Shown in pieces: positions 30,001 through 45,000 of a stretch of 64,000 bases of DNA. A program made the translations under genes and the position numbers. This DNA is from Auanema rhodensis. Its lineage: Eukaryota; Animalia; Nematoda. The notes beneath the pieces are model-generated. The model saw only the letters and a program-made list of their open reading frames with translations. It was not told the origin of the DNA and did no database searches. The DNA is taken from assembly GCA_964057225.1 (NCBI GenBank), contig OZ059895.1, positions 9,982,001 through 10,046,000 of the forward strand. Reading direction: 5' to 3'. The stretch's first letter is position 1. Each line of letters begins with the position of its first letter.

Positions 30001-33000
30001 TGATATCATCGAGGGATCCAGATGGAACGTGGAAAATTACATAACTAACATGAAATTGGAAAAAAAACTATAACGGGGATAAGTATGTTAACGATTGAAT
30101 ATCAGATATTTTCGCTTACGACGATACCACCTTGAAAGTACGCCATGCAACTGATTTTCAATTTTATCTCTTCCGTAACAAATGTTTTCAATTTTCAAGC
30201 AGTTTAATTTAGATAGCTCAACCAAAGAAGTGCAAAATATCTTCAATCTTATTTCCATATTACAGTCATAAACCAGTAGGTAATAAAACTTCATCTTGAA
30301 TTTACTGTTTCTATCTATTTCCTATCGAAACAAACATTGTTTAAACACTATACAACTGTAAAACCTTTTTTAATTTATTGTATTTGAAGCTCATAAGATT
30401 TGATATCATCGAGGGATCCAGATGGAAGGTGGAAAATTACATAACTAACATGAAATTGGAAAAAAAACCATAACGAGGATAAGTAGGTAAACCATTGAAT
30501 ATCAGATATTTTCTCTTACGACCATACCACGTTGAAAGTACGCCATGCAACTGATTTTCAATTTTATCTTTTCCGTAACAAATGTTTTCAATTTTCAAGC
30601 ACTTTTACTTAGATAGCTCAACCAAAGCAAAGCAAATTATCTTCAATTTTATTTCTATATTACAGTTATAAACCAGTAGTTAATGAAAATTCATCTTGAA
30701 TTTACTGTTTCTATCTATTTCCTATCAAAACAAACATTGTTTAAACACTACGCAACTATGAATCCTTTTTTAATTTATTGTATTTGGAGCTCATAAGATT
30801 TAATATCATCGAGGGATCCAAATGGAACGTGGAAAATTACATAACTAACATGAAATTGGAAAAAAAACTATAACGAGGATAAGTAGGTAAACCATTGAAT
30901 ATCAAATATTTTGGCTTACGACCATACCACGTTAAAAGTACGCCATACAGCTGATTTTCAATTTTATTTTTTCCGTAACAAATGTTTTCAATTTTCAAGC
31001 ACTTTTACTTAGATAGCTCAACCAAAGCAAAGCAAATTATCTTCAATTTTATTTCTATATTACAGTTATAAACCAGTAGGTAATGAAAATTCATCTTGAA
31101 TTTACTGTTTCTATCTATTTCCTATCAAAACAAACATTGTTTAAACACTATGCAACTATGAAACCTTTCTTAATATATTGTATTTGGAGCTCATAAGATT
31201 TGATATCATTGAGGGATACAGATGAAACGTGGAAAATTACATAACTAACATGAAATTAGAAAAAAAAACTATAACGGGGATGAGTATGTTAACCATTGAA
31301 TATCAGATATTTTCGCTTACGACCATACCACGTTGAAAGTACGCCATACAGCTGATTTTCAATTTTATCTCTTCCGTAACAAATGTTTTCAATTTTCAAG
31401 CAGTTTTACTTAGATAGCTCAACCAAATGAGAGCAAATTATCTTCAATCTTTTTTTTATATTACAGTTATAAACCAGTAGTTATTAAACCTTCATCTTAA
31501 TTTTCCTGTTTCTATCTATTTCCTATCAAAACAAACATTATTTAAACATTATGCAACTATGAAACCTTTTTTAATTTATTGTATTTGAAGCTCATAAGAA
31601 TTGATATCATTGAGGGATCCAGATGAAACGTGGAAAATTACATAACTAACATGAAATTGGAGAAAAAACTATAACAAGGATAAGTAGGTAAACCATTGAA
31701 TATCAGATATTTTCGCTTACGACTATACCACGTTAAAAGTACGCCATACAGCTGATTTTCAAATTTATCTCTTCCGTAACAAATGTTTTCAATTTTCAAG
31801 CACTTTTACTTGGATAGCTCAACCAAAGGAAAGCAAATTATCTTCAATTTTATTTCTATATTACAGTTATAAACCAGTAGGTAATGAACCTTTATCTTGA
31901 CTTTACTGTTTCTATCCATTTCCTTTCGAAACAAACATTGTTCAAACACTATACTACTGTGAAACCTTTTTTTATTTATTGTATTTGGAGCTCATAAAAT
32001 TTGATATCATCGAGGGATCCAGATGGAACGTGGAAAATTACATAACTAACATGAAATTGGAAAAAAAACTATAACGGGGATAAGTATGTTAACGATTGAA
32101 TATCAGATATTTTCGCTTACGACCATACCACCTTGAAAGTACGCCATGCAGCTGATTTTCAATTTTATCTTTTCCGTAACAAATGTTTTCAATTTTCAAA
32201 CAGTTTTACTTAGATAGCTCAACCAAGGGAAAGCAAATTATCTTCAATTTTATTTCTATATTACAGTTATAAACCAGTAGTTAATGAAAATTCATCTTGA
32301 ATTTACTGTTTCTATCTATTTCCTATCAAAACAAACATTGTTTAAACACTACGCAACTATGAATCCTTTTTTAATTTATTGTATTTGGAGCTCATAAGAT
32401 TTAATATCATCGAGGGATCCAAATGGAACGTGGAAAATTACATAACTAACATGAAATTGGAAAAAAAACTATAACGAGGATAAGTAGGTAAACCATTGAA
32501 TATCAAATATTTTGGCTTACGACCATACCACGTTAAAAGTACGCCATACAGCTGATTTTCAATTTTATTTTTTCCGTAACAAATGTTTTCAATTTTCAAG
32601 CACTTTTACTTAGATAGCTCAACCAAAGCAAAGCAAATTATCTTCAATTTTATTTCTATATTACAGTTATAAACCAGTAGGTAATGAAAATTCATCTTGA
32701 ATTTACTGTTTCTATCTATTTCCTATCAAAACAAACATTGTTTAAACACTATGCAACTATGAAACCTTTCTTAATATATTGTATTTGGAGCTCATAAGAT
32801 TTGATATCATTGAGGGATACAGATGAAACGTGGAAAATTACATAACTAACATGAAATTAGAAAAAAAAACTATAACGGGGATGAGTATGTTAACCATTGA
32901 ATATCAGATATTTTCGCTTACGACCATACCACGTTGAAAGTACGCCATACAGCTGATTTTCAATTTTATCTCTTCCGTAACAAATGTTTTCAATTTTCAA

Positions 33001-36000
33001 GCAGTTTTACTTAGATAGCTCAACCAAATGAGAGCAAATTATCTTCAATCTTTTTTTTATATTACAGTTATAAACCAGTAGTTATTAAACCTTCATCTTA
33101 ATTTTCCTGTTTCTATCTATTTCCTATCAAAACAAACATTATTTAAACATTATGCAACTATGAAACCTTTTTTAATTTATTGTATTTGAAGCTCATAAGA
33201 ATTGATATCATTGAGGGATCCAGATGAAACGTGGAAAATTACATAACTAACATGAAATTGGAGAAAAAACTATAACAAGGATAAGTAGGTAAACCATTGA
33301 ATATCAGATATTTTCGCTTACGACTATACCACGTTAAAAGTACGCCATACAGCTGATTTTCAAATTTATCTCTTCCGTAACAAATGTTTTCAATTTTCAA
33401 GCACTTTTACTTGGATAGCTCAACCAAAGGAAAGCAAATTATCTTCAATTTTATTTCTATATTACAGTTATAAACCAGTAGGTAATGAACCTTTATCTTG
33501 ACTTTACTGTTTCTATCCATTTCCTTTCGAAACAAACATTGTTCAAACACTATACTACTGTGAAACCTTTTTTTATTTATTGTATTTGGAGCTCATAAAA
33601 TTTGATATCATCGAGGGATCCAGATGGAACGTGGAAAATTACATAACTAACATGAAATTGGAAAAAAAACTATAACGGGGATAAGTATGTTAACGATTGA
33701 ATATCAGATATTTTCGCTTACGACCATACCACCTTGAAAGTACGCCATGCAGCTGATTTTCAATTTTATCTTTTCCGTAACAAATGTTTTCAATTTTCAA
33801 ACAGTTTTACTTAGATAGCTCAACCAAGGGAAAGCAAATTATCTTCAATTTTATTTCTATATTACAGTTATAAACCAGTAGGTAATGAACCTTCATCTTG
33901 ACTTTACTGTTTCTATCCATTTCCTATCGAAACAAACATTGTTCAAACACTATGCAACTATGAAACCTTTTTTAATTTATTGTATTTGGAGCTCATAAGA
34001 TTTGATATCATCGAGGGATCCAGATGGAAGGTGGAAAATTACATAACTAACATGAAATTGGAAAAAAAACCATAACGGGGATAAGTATGTTAACGATTGA
34101 ATATCAGATATTTGCGCTTACGACCATACCACGTTAAAAGTACGCCATACAGCTGATTTTCAATTTTATCTCTTCCGTAACAAATCTTTTCAATTTTCAA
34201 GCAGTTTTACTTAGATAGCTCAACCAAAGGAAAGCAAATTATTTTCAATTTTATTTCTATATTACAGTTATAAACCAGTAGGTAATGAAACCTTCATCTT
34301 GAATTTACTGTTTCTATCTATTTCCTATCAAAACAAACATTGTTTGAACACTATGCAACTGTGAAACCTTTTTTAATTTATTGTATTTGGAGCTCATAAA
34401 ATTTGATATCATCGAGGGATCCAGATGGAACGTGGAAAATTACATAACTAACATGAAATTGGAAAAAAAAGTATAACAAGGATAAGTATGTTAACGATTG
34501 AATATCAGATATTTTCGCTTACGACCATACCACGTTGAAAGTACGCCAAACAGCTGATTTTCAATTTTATCTTTTCCGTAACAAATGTTTTCAATTTTCA
34601 AGCACTTTTACTTAGATAGCTCAACCAAAGGAAAGCAAATTATCTTCAATTTTATTTCTATATTACAGTTATAAACCAGTAGGTAATGAAACCTTCATCT
34701 TGAATTTACTGTTTCTATCTATTTCCTATCAAAACAAACATTGTTCAAACACTATGCAACTATGAAACCTTTTTTAATTTATTGTATTTGAGCTCATAAA
34801 ATTTGATATCATCGAGGGATCCAGATGGAACGTGGAAAATTACATAACTAACATGAAATTGGAAAAAAAAGTATAACAAGGATAAATAGGTAAACCATTG
34901 AATATCAGATATTTTCTCTTACGACCATACCACGTTGAAAGTACGCCATGCAACTGATTTTCAATTTTATCTTTTCCGTAACAAATGTTTTCAATTTTCA
35001 AGCACTTTTACTTAGATAGCTCAACCAAAGCAAAGCAAATTATCTTCAATTTTATTTCTATATTACAGTTATAAACCAGTAGTTAATGAAAATTCATCTT
35101 GAATTTACTGTTTCTATCTATTTCCTATCAAAACAAACATTGTTTAAACACTATGCAACTATGAAACCTTTCTTAATTTATTGTATTTGGAGCTCATAAG
35201 ATTTGATATCATTGAGGGATACAGATGAAACGTGGAAAATTACATAACTAACATGAAATTAGAAAAAAAACTATAACGGGGATGAGTATGTTAACCATTG
35301 AATATCAGATATTTTCGCTTACGACCATACCACGTTGAAAGTACGCCATACAGCTGATTTTCAATTTTATCTCTTCCGTAACAAATGTTTTCAATTTTCA
35401 AGCAGTTTTACTTAGATAGCTCAACCAAAGGAGAGCAAATTATCTTCAATCTTTTTTTTATATTACAGTTATAAACCAGTAGTTATTAAACCTTCATCTT
35501 AACTTTCCTGTTTCTATCTCATTCCTATCAAAACAAACATTATTTAAACATTATGCAACTATGAAACCTTTTTTAATTTATTGTATTTGGAGCTCATAAG
35601 AATTGATATCATTGAGGGATCCAGATGAAACGTGGAAAATTACATAACTAACATGAAATTGGAGAAAAAACTATAACAAGGATAAGTAGGTAAACCATTG
35701 AATATCAGATATTTTCGCTTACGACCATACCACCTTGAAAGTACGCCATACAGCTGATTTTCAAATTTATCTCTTCCGTAACAAATGTTTTCAATTTTCA
35801 AGCACTTTTACTTGGATAGCTCAACCAAAGGAAAGCAAATTATCTTCAATTTTATTTCTATATTACAGTTATAAACCAGTAGGTAATGAACCTTCATCTT
35901 GACTTTACTGTTTCTATCCATTTCCTATCGAAACAAACATTGTTCAAACACTATGCAACTATGAAACCTTTTTTAATTTATTGTATTTGGAGCTCATAAG

Positions 36001-39000
36001 ATTTGATATCATCGAGGGATCCAGATGGAAGGTGGAAAATTACATAACTAACATGAAATTGGAAAAAAAACCATAACGGGGATAAGTATGTTAACGATTG
36101 AATATCAGATATTTGCGCTTACGACCATACCACGTTAAAAGTACGCCATACAGCTGATTTTCAATTTTATCTCTTCCGTAACAAATCTTTTCAATTTTCA
36201 AGCAGTTTTACTTAGATAGCTCAACCAAAGGAAAGCAAATTATTTTCAATTTTATTTCTATATTACAGTTATAAACCAGTAGGTAATGAAACCTTCATCT
36301 TGAATTTACTGTTTCTATCTATTTCCTATCAAAACAAACATTGTTTGAACACTATGCAACTGTGAAACCTTTTTTAATTTATTGTATTTGGAGCTCATAA
36401 AATTTGATATCATCGAGGGATCCAGATGGAACGTGGAAAATTACATAACTAACATGAAATTGGAAAAAAAACCATAACGGGGATAAGTATGTTAACGATT
36501 GAATATCAGATATTTTCGCTTACGACCATACCACGTTGAAAGTACGCCATACAGCTGATTTTCAATTTTATCTTTTCCGTAACAAATGTTTTCAATTTTC
36601 AAGCACTTTTACTTAGATAGCTCAACCAAAGGAAAGCAAATTATCTTCAATTTTATTTCTATATTACAGTTATAAACCAGTAGGTAATGAAACCTTCATC
36701 TTGAATTTACTGTTTCTATCTATTTCCTATCAAAACAAACATTGTTCAAACACTATGCAACTATGAAACCTTTTTTAATTTATTGTATTTGAGCTCATAA
36801 AATTTGATATCATCGAGGGATCCAGATGGAACGTGGAAAATTACATAACTAACATGAAATTGGGAAAAAAAGTATAACAAGGATAAATAGGTAAACCATT
36901 GAATATCAGATATTTTCTCTTACGACCATACCACGTTGAAAGTACGCCATGCAACTGATTTTCAATTTTATCTTTTCCGTAACAAATGTTTTCAATTTTC
37001 AAGCACTTTTACTTAGATAGCTCAACCAAAGCAAAGCAAATTATCTTCAATTTTATTTCTATATTACAGTTATAAACCAGTAGTTAATGAAAATTCATCT
37101 TGAATTTACTGTTTCTATCTATTTCCTATCAAAACAAACATTGTTTAAACACTATGCAACTATGAAACCTTTCTTAATTTATTGTATTTGGAGCTCATAA
37201 GATTTGATATCATTGAGGGATACAGATGAAACGTGGAAAATTACATAACTAACATGAAATTAGAAAAAAAACTATAACGGGGATGAGTATGTTAACCATT
37301 GAATATCAGATATTTTCGCTTACGACCATACCACGTTGAAAGTACGCCATACAGCTGATTTTCAATTTTATCTCTTCCGTAACAAATGTTTTCAATTTTC
37401 AAGCAGTTTTACTTAGATAGCTCAACCAAAGGAGAGCAAATTATCTTCAATCTTTTTTTTATATTACAGTTATAAACCAGTAGTTATTAAACCTTCATCT
37501 TAACTTTCCTGTTTCTATCTCATTCCTATCAAAACAAACATTATTTAAACATTATGCAACTATGAAACCTTTTTTAATTTATTGTATTTGGAGCTCATAA
37601 GAATTGATATCATTGAGGGATCCAGATGAAACGTGGAAAATTACATAACTAACATGAAATTGGAGAAAAAACTATAACAAGGATAAGTAGGTAAACCATT
37701 GAATATCAGATATTTTCGCTCACGACTATACCACGTTAAAAATACGCCATACAGCTGATTTTCAAATTTATCTCTTCCGTAACAAATGTTTTCAATTTTC
37801 AAGCACTTTTACTTGGATAGCTCAACCAAAGGAAAGCAAATTATCTTCAATTTTATTTCTATATTACAGTTATAAACCAGTAGGTAATGAACCTTCATCT
37901 TGACTTTACTGTTTCTATCCATTTCCTTTCGAAACAAACATTGTTTAAACACTATACTACTGTGAAACCTTTTTTTATTTATTGTATTTGGAGCTCATAA
38001 AATTTGATATCATCGAGGGATCCAGATGGAAGCTGGAAAATTACATAACTAACATGAAATTGGAAAAAAAACTATAACGGGGATAAGTATGTTAACGATT
38101 GAATATCAGATATTTTTGCTTACGACCATACCACCTTGAAAGTACGCCATACAGCTGATTTTCAAATTTATCTCTTCCGTAACAAATGTTTTCAATTTTC
38201 AAGCACTTTTACTTGGATAGCTCAACCAAAGGAAAGCAAATTATCTTCAATTTTATTTCTATATTACAGTTATAAACCAGTAGGTAATGAACCTTCATCT
38301 TGACTTTACTGTTTCCATCCATTTCCTTTCGAAACAAACATTGTTTAAACACTATACAACTGTGAAACCTTTTTTTATTTATTGTATTTAGAGCTCATAA
38401 AATTTGATATCATCGAGGGATCCAGATGGAAGGTGGAAAATTACATAACTAACATGAAATTGGAAAAAAAACTATAACGGGGATAAGTATGTTAACGATT
38501 GAATATCAGATATTTTCGCTTACGACCATATCACCTTGAAAGTACGCCATACAGCTGATTTTCAATTTTATCTCTTCCGTAACAAATGTTTTCAATTTTC
38601 AAGCAATTTTACTTGGATAGCTCAACCAAAGGAAAGCAAATTATCTTCAATTTTATTTCTATATTACAGTTATAAACCAGTAGGTAATGAACCTTCATCT
38701 TGACTTTACTGTTTCCATCCATTTCCTTTCGAAACAAACATTGTTTAAACACTATACAACTGTGAAACCTTTTTTTATTTATTGTATTTGGAGCTCATAA
38801 AATTTGATATCATCGAGGGATCCAGATGGAAGGTGGAAAATTACATAACTAACATGAAATTGGAAAAAAAACTATAACGGGGATAAGTATGTTAACGATT
38901 GAATATCAGATATTTTCGCTTACGACCATATCACCTTGAAAGTACGCCATACAGCTGATTTTCAATTTTATCTCTTCCGTAACAAATGTTTTCAATTTTC

Positions 39001-42000
39001 AAGCAGTTTTACTTAGATAGCTCAACAAAAGGAGAGCAAATTATCTTCAATCTTATTTCTATATTAAAGTTATAAACCAGTAGTTATTGAACCTTCATCT
39101 TAACTTTACTGTTTCCATCTATTTCCTATCAAAACAAACATTATTTAAACATTATGCAACTATGAAACCTTTTTTAATTTATTGTATTTAGAGCTCATAA
39201 GATTTAATATCATCGAGGGATCCAAATGGAACGTGGAAAATTACATAACTAACATGAAATTGGAAAAAAAACTATAACGAGGATAAGTAGGTAAACCATT
39301 GAATATCAGATATTTTGGCTTACGACCATACCACGTTAAAAGTACGCCATACAGCTGATTTTCAATTTTATCTCTTCCGTAACAAATGTTTTCAATTTTC
39401 AAGCAGTTTAATTTAGATAGCTCAACCAAAGAAGAGCAAAATATCTTCAATCTTATTTCCATATTACAGTCATAAACCAGTAGGTAATAAAACTTCATCT
39501 TGAATTTACTGTTTCTATCTATTTCCTATCGAAATAAACATTGTTTAAACACTATACAACTGTAAAACCTTTTTTAATTTATTGTATTTGAAGCTCATAA
39601 GATTTGATCTCATCGAGGGATCCAGATGGAACGTGGAAAATTACATAACTAACATGAAGTTGGAAAAAAAACCATAACGAGGATAATTAGGTAAACCATT
39701 GAATATCAGATATTTTCTCTTACGACCATACCACGTTGAAAATACGCCATGCAACTGATTTTCAATTTTATCTTTTCCGTAACAAATGTTTTCAATTTTC
39801 AAGCACTTTTACTTAGATAGCTCAACCAAAGCAAAGCAAATTATCTTCAATTTTATTTCTATATTACAGTTATAAACCAGTAGTTAATGAAAATTCATCT
39901 TGAATTTACTGTTTCTATCTATTCCCTATCAAAACAAACATTGTTTAAACACTATGCAACTATGAAACCTTTCTTAATTTATTGTACTTGGAGCTCATAA
40001 GATTTGATATCATTGAGGGATACAAATGAAACGTGGAACATTACATAACTAACATGAAATTAGAAAAAAAACTATAACGGGGATGAGTATGTTAACCATT
40101 GAATATCAGATATTTTCGCTTACGACCATACCACGTTGAAAGTACGCCATACAGCTGATTTTCAATTTTATCTCTTCCGTAACAAATGTTTTCAATTTTC
40201 AAGCAGTTTTACTTAGATAGCTCAACCAAAGGAAAGCAAATTATCTTCAATCTTTTTCCTATATTACAGTTATAAACCAGTAGTTATTGAACCTTCATCT
40301 TAACTTTCCTGTTTCTATCTATTTCCTATCAAAACAAACATTGTTTAAACACTATGCAACTATGAAACCTTTTTTAATTTATTGTATTTGGAACTCATAA
40401 GAATTGATATCATTGAGGGATCCAGATGAAACGTGGAAAATTACATAACTAACATGAAATTGGAGAAAAAACTATAACAAGGATAAGCAGGTAAACCATT
40501 GAATATCAGATATTTTCGCTTACGACTATACCACGTTAAAAGTACGCCATACAGCTGATTTTCAATTTTATCTCTTCCGTAACAAATGTTTTCAATTTTC
40601 AAGCAATTTTACTTGGATAGCTCAACCAAAGAAAAGCAAATTATCTTCAATTTTATTTCTATATTACAGTTATAAACCAGTAGGTAATGAAACTTCATCT
40701 TGACTTTACTGTTTCTATCTATTTCCTATCGAAACAAACATTGTTTAAACACTATACAACTGTAAAACCTTTTTTAATTTATTGTATTTGAAGCTTATAA
40801 GATTTGATATCATCGAGGGATCCAGATGGAAGGTGGAAAATTACATAACTAACATGAAATTGGAAAAAAAACTATAACGGGGATAAGTATTTTAACGAAT
40901 GAATATCAGATATTTTCGCTTACGACCATACCACCTTGAAAGTACGCCATACAGCTGATTTTCAATTTTATCTCTTCTGTAACAAATGTTTTCAATTTTC
41001 AAGCAGTTTTACTTAGATAGCTCAACCAAAGGAGAGCAAATTATCTTCAATCTTATTTCTATATTAAAGTTATAAACCAGTAGTTATTGAACCTTCATCT
41101 TAACTTTACTGTTTCTATCTATTTCCTATCAAAACAAACATTATTTAAACATTATGCAACTATGAAACCTTTTTTAACTTATTGTATTTGGAGCTCATAA
41201 GATTTGATATCATCGAGGGATCCAAATGGAACGTGGAAAATTACATAACTAACATGAAATTGGAGAAAAAACTATAACAAGGATAAGTAGGTAAACCATT
41301 GAATATCATATATTTTCGCTTACGACTATACCACGTTAAAAGTACGCCATACAGCTGATTTTCAAATTTATCTTTTCCGTAACAAATGTTTTCAATTTTC
41401 AAGCACTTTTACTTGGATAGCTCAACCAAAGGAAAGCAAATTATTTTCAATTTTATTTCTATATTACAGTTATAAACCAGTAGGTAATGAACCTTCATCT
41501 TGACTTTACTGTTTCTATCCATTTCCTTTCGAAACAAACATTGTTTAAACACTATACAACTGTGAAACCTTTTTTAATTCATTGTATTTGGAGCTCATAA
41601 GATTTGATATCATCGAGGGATCCTGATGGAACGTGGAAAATTACATAACTAACATAAAATTTGAAAAAAAAACTAAAACGAGGATAAGTATGTTAACCAT
41701 TGAATATCAGATATTTTCGCTTACGACCATACCACGTTAAAAGTACGCCATACAGCTGATTTTTAATTTTATCTCTTCCGTAACAAATGTTTTCAATTTT
41801 CAAGAATTTTAACTTAGATAGCTCAACCAAACGAGAGCAAATTATCTTCAATCTTATTTCTATATTGCAGTTATAAACCAGTAGGTAATGAACCTTCGTC
41901 TTGACTTCACTGTTTTTATCTTTTTCCTATCGAAACAAACATTGTTTAAACACTATGCAACTGTGAAACCTCTTCAATTTATTGCATTTGGAGCTTATAA

Positions 42001-45000
42001 GATTTGATATCATCGAGGGATCCTGATGGAACGTGGGAAATTACATAACTAACATTAAATTGGAAAAAAACCAAAACGAGGATAAGCAGGTAAACCATTG
42101 AATATCAGATATTTTCGCTTACGACTATACCACGTTAAAAGTACGCCATACAGCTGATTTTCAATTTTATCTCTTCCGTAACAAATGTTTTCAATTTTCA
42201 AGCACTTTTACTTGGATAGCTCAACCAAAGAAAAGCAAATTATCTTCAATTTTATTTCTATATTACAGTTATAAACCAGTAGGTAATGAAACTTCATCTT
42301 GACTTTACTGTTTCTATCTATTTCCTATCGAAACAAACATTGTTTAAACACTATACAACTGTAAAACCTTTTTTAATTTATTGTATTTGAAGCTTATAAG
42401 ATTTGATATCATCGAGGGATCCAGATGGAAGGTGGAAAATTACATAACTAACATGAAATTGGAAAAAAAACTATAACGGGGATAAGTATTTTAACGATTG
42501 AATATCAGATATTTTCGCTTACGACCATACCACCTTCAAAGTACGCCATACAGCTGATTTTCAATTTTATCTCTTCTGTAACAAATGTTTTCAATTTTCA
42601 AGCAGTTTTACTTAGATAGCTCAACCAAAGGAGAGCAAATTATCTTCAATCTTATTTCTATATTGCAGTTATAAACCAGTAGTTATTGAACCTTCATCTT
42701 AACTTTACTGTTTCCATCTATTTCCTATCAAAACAAACATTATTTAAACATTATGCAACTATGAAACCTTTTTTAATTTATTGTATTTAGAGCTCATAAG
42801 ATTTAATATCATCGAGGGATCCAAATGGAACGTGGAAAATTACATAACTGACATGAAATTGGAAAAAAAACTATAACGAGGATAAGTAGGTAAACCATTG
42901 AATATCAGATATTTTGGCTTACGACCATACCACGTTAAAAGTACGCCATACAGCTGATTTTCAATTTTATCTCTTCCGTAACAAATGTTTTCAATTTTCA
43001 AGCAGTTTAATTTAGATAGCTCAACCAAAGAAGAGCAAAATATCTTCAATCTTATTTCCATATTACAGTCATAAACCAGTAGGTAATAAAACTTCATCTT
43101 GAATTTACTGTTTCTATCTATTTCCTATCGAAACAAACATTGTTTAAACACTATACAACTGTAAAACCTTTTTTAATTTATTGTATTTGAAGCTCATAAG
43201 ATTTGATCTAATCGAGGGATCCAGATGGAACGTGGAAAATTACATAACTAACATGAAGTTGGAAAAAAAACCATAACGAGGATAATTAGGTAAACCATTG
43301 AATATCAGATATTTTCTCTTACGACCATACCACGTTGAAAGTACGCCATGCAACTGATTTTCAATTTTATCTTTTCCGTAACAAATGTTTTCAATTTTCA
43401 AGCACTTTTACTTAGATAGCTCAACCAAAGCAAAGCAAATTATCTTCAATTTTATTTCTATATTACAGTTATAAACCAGTAGTTAATGAAAATTCATCTT
43501 GAATTTACTGTTTCTATCTATTCCCTATCAAAACAAACATTGTTTAAACACTATGCAACTATGAAACCTTTCTTAATTCATTGTACTTGGAGCTCATAAG
43601 ATTTGATATCATTGAGGGATACAAATGAAACGTGGAACATTACATAACTAACATGAAATTAGAAAAAAAACTATAACGGGGATGAGTATGTTAACCATTG
43701 AATATCAGATATTTTCGCTTACGACCATACCACGTTGAAAGTACGCCATACAGCTGATTTTCAATTTTATCTCTTCCGTAACAAATGTTTTCAATTTTCA
43801 AGCAGTTTTACTTAGATAGCTCAACCAAAGGAGAGCAAATTATCTTCAATCTTTTTCCTATATTACAGTTATAAACCAGTAGCTATTGAACCTTCATCTT
43901 AACTTTCCTGTTTCTATCTATTTCCTATCAAAACAAACATTGTTTAAACACTATGCAACTATGAAACCTTTTTTAATTTATTGTATTTGGAACTCATAAG
44001 AATTGATATCATTGAGGGATCCAGATGAAACGTGGAAAATTACATAACTAACATGAAATTGGAGAAAAAACTATAACAAGGATAAGCAGGTAATCCATTG
44101 AATATCAGATATTTTCGCTTACGACTATACCACGTTAAAAGTACGCCATACAGCTGATTTTCAATTTTATCTCTTCCGTAACAAATGTTTTCAATTTTCA
44201 AGCACTTTTACTTGGATAGCTCAACCAAAGAAAAGCAAATTATCTTCAATTTTATTTCTATATTACAGTTATAAACCAGTAGGTAATGAAACTTCATCTT
44301 GACTTTACTGTTTCTATCTATTTCCTATCGAAACAAACATTGTTTAAACACTATACAACTGTAAAACCTTTTTTAATTTATTGTATTTGAAGCTTATAAG
44401 ATTTGATATCATCGAGGGATCCAGATGGAAGGTGGAAAATTACATAACTAACATGAAATTGGAAAAAAAACTATAACGGGGATAAGTATTTTAACGATTG
44501 AATATCAGATATTTTCGCTTACGACCATACCACCTTGAAAGTACGCCATACAGCTGATTTTCAATTTTATCTCTTCTGTAACAAATGTTTTCAATTTTCA
44601 AGCAGTTTTACTTAGATAGCTCAACCAAAGGAGAGCAAATTATCTTCAATCTTATTTCTATATTAAAGTTATAAACCAGTAGTTATTGAACCTTCATCTT
44701 AACTTTACTGTTTCTATCTATTTCCTATCAGAACAAACATTATTTAAACATTATGCAACTATGAAACCTTTTTTAACTTATTGTATTTGGAGCTCATAAG
44801 ATTTGATATCATCGAGGGATCCAAATGGAACGTGGAAAATTACATAACTAACATGAAATTGGAAAAAAAACTATAACGAGGATAAGTAGGTAAACCATTG
44901 AATATCAGATATTTTGGCTTACGACCATACCACGTTAAAAGTACGCCATACAGCTGATTTTCAATTTTATCTCTTCCGTAACAAATGTTTTCAATTTTCA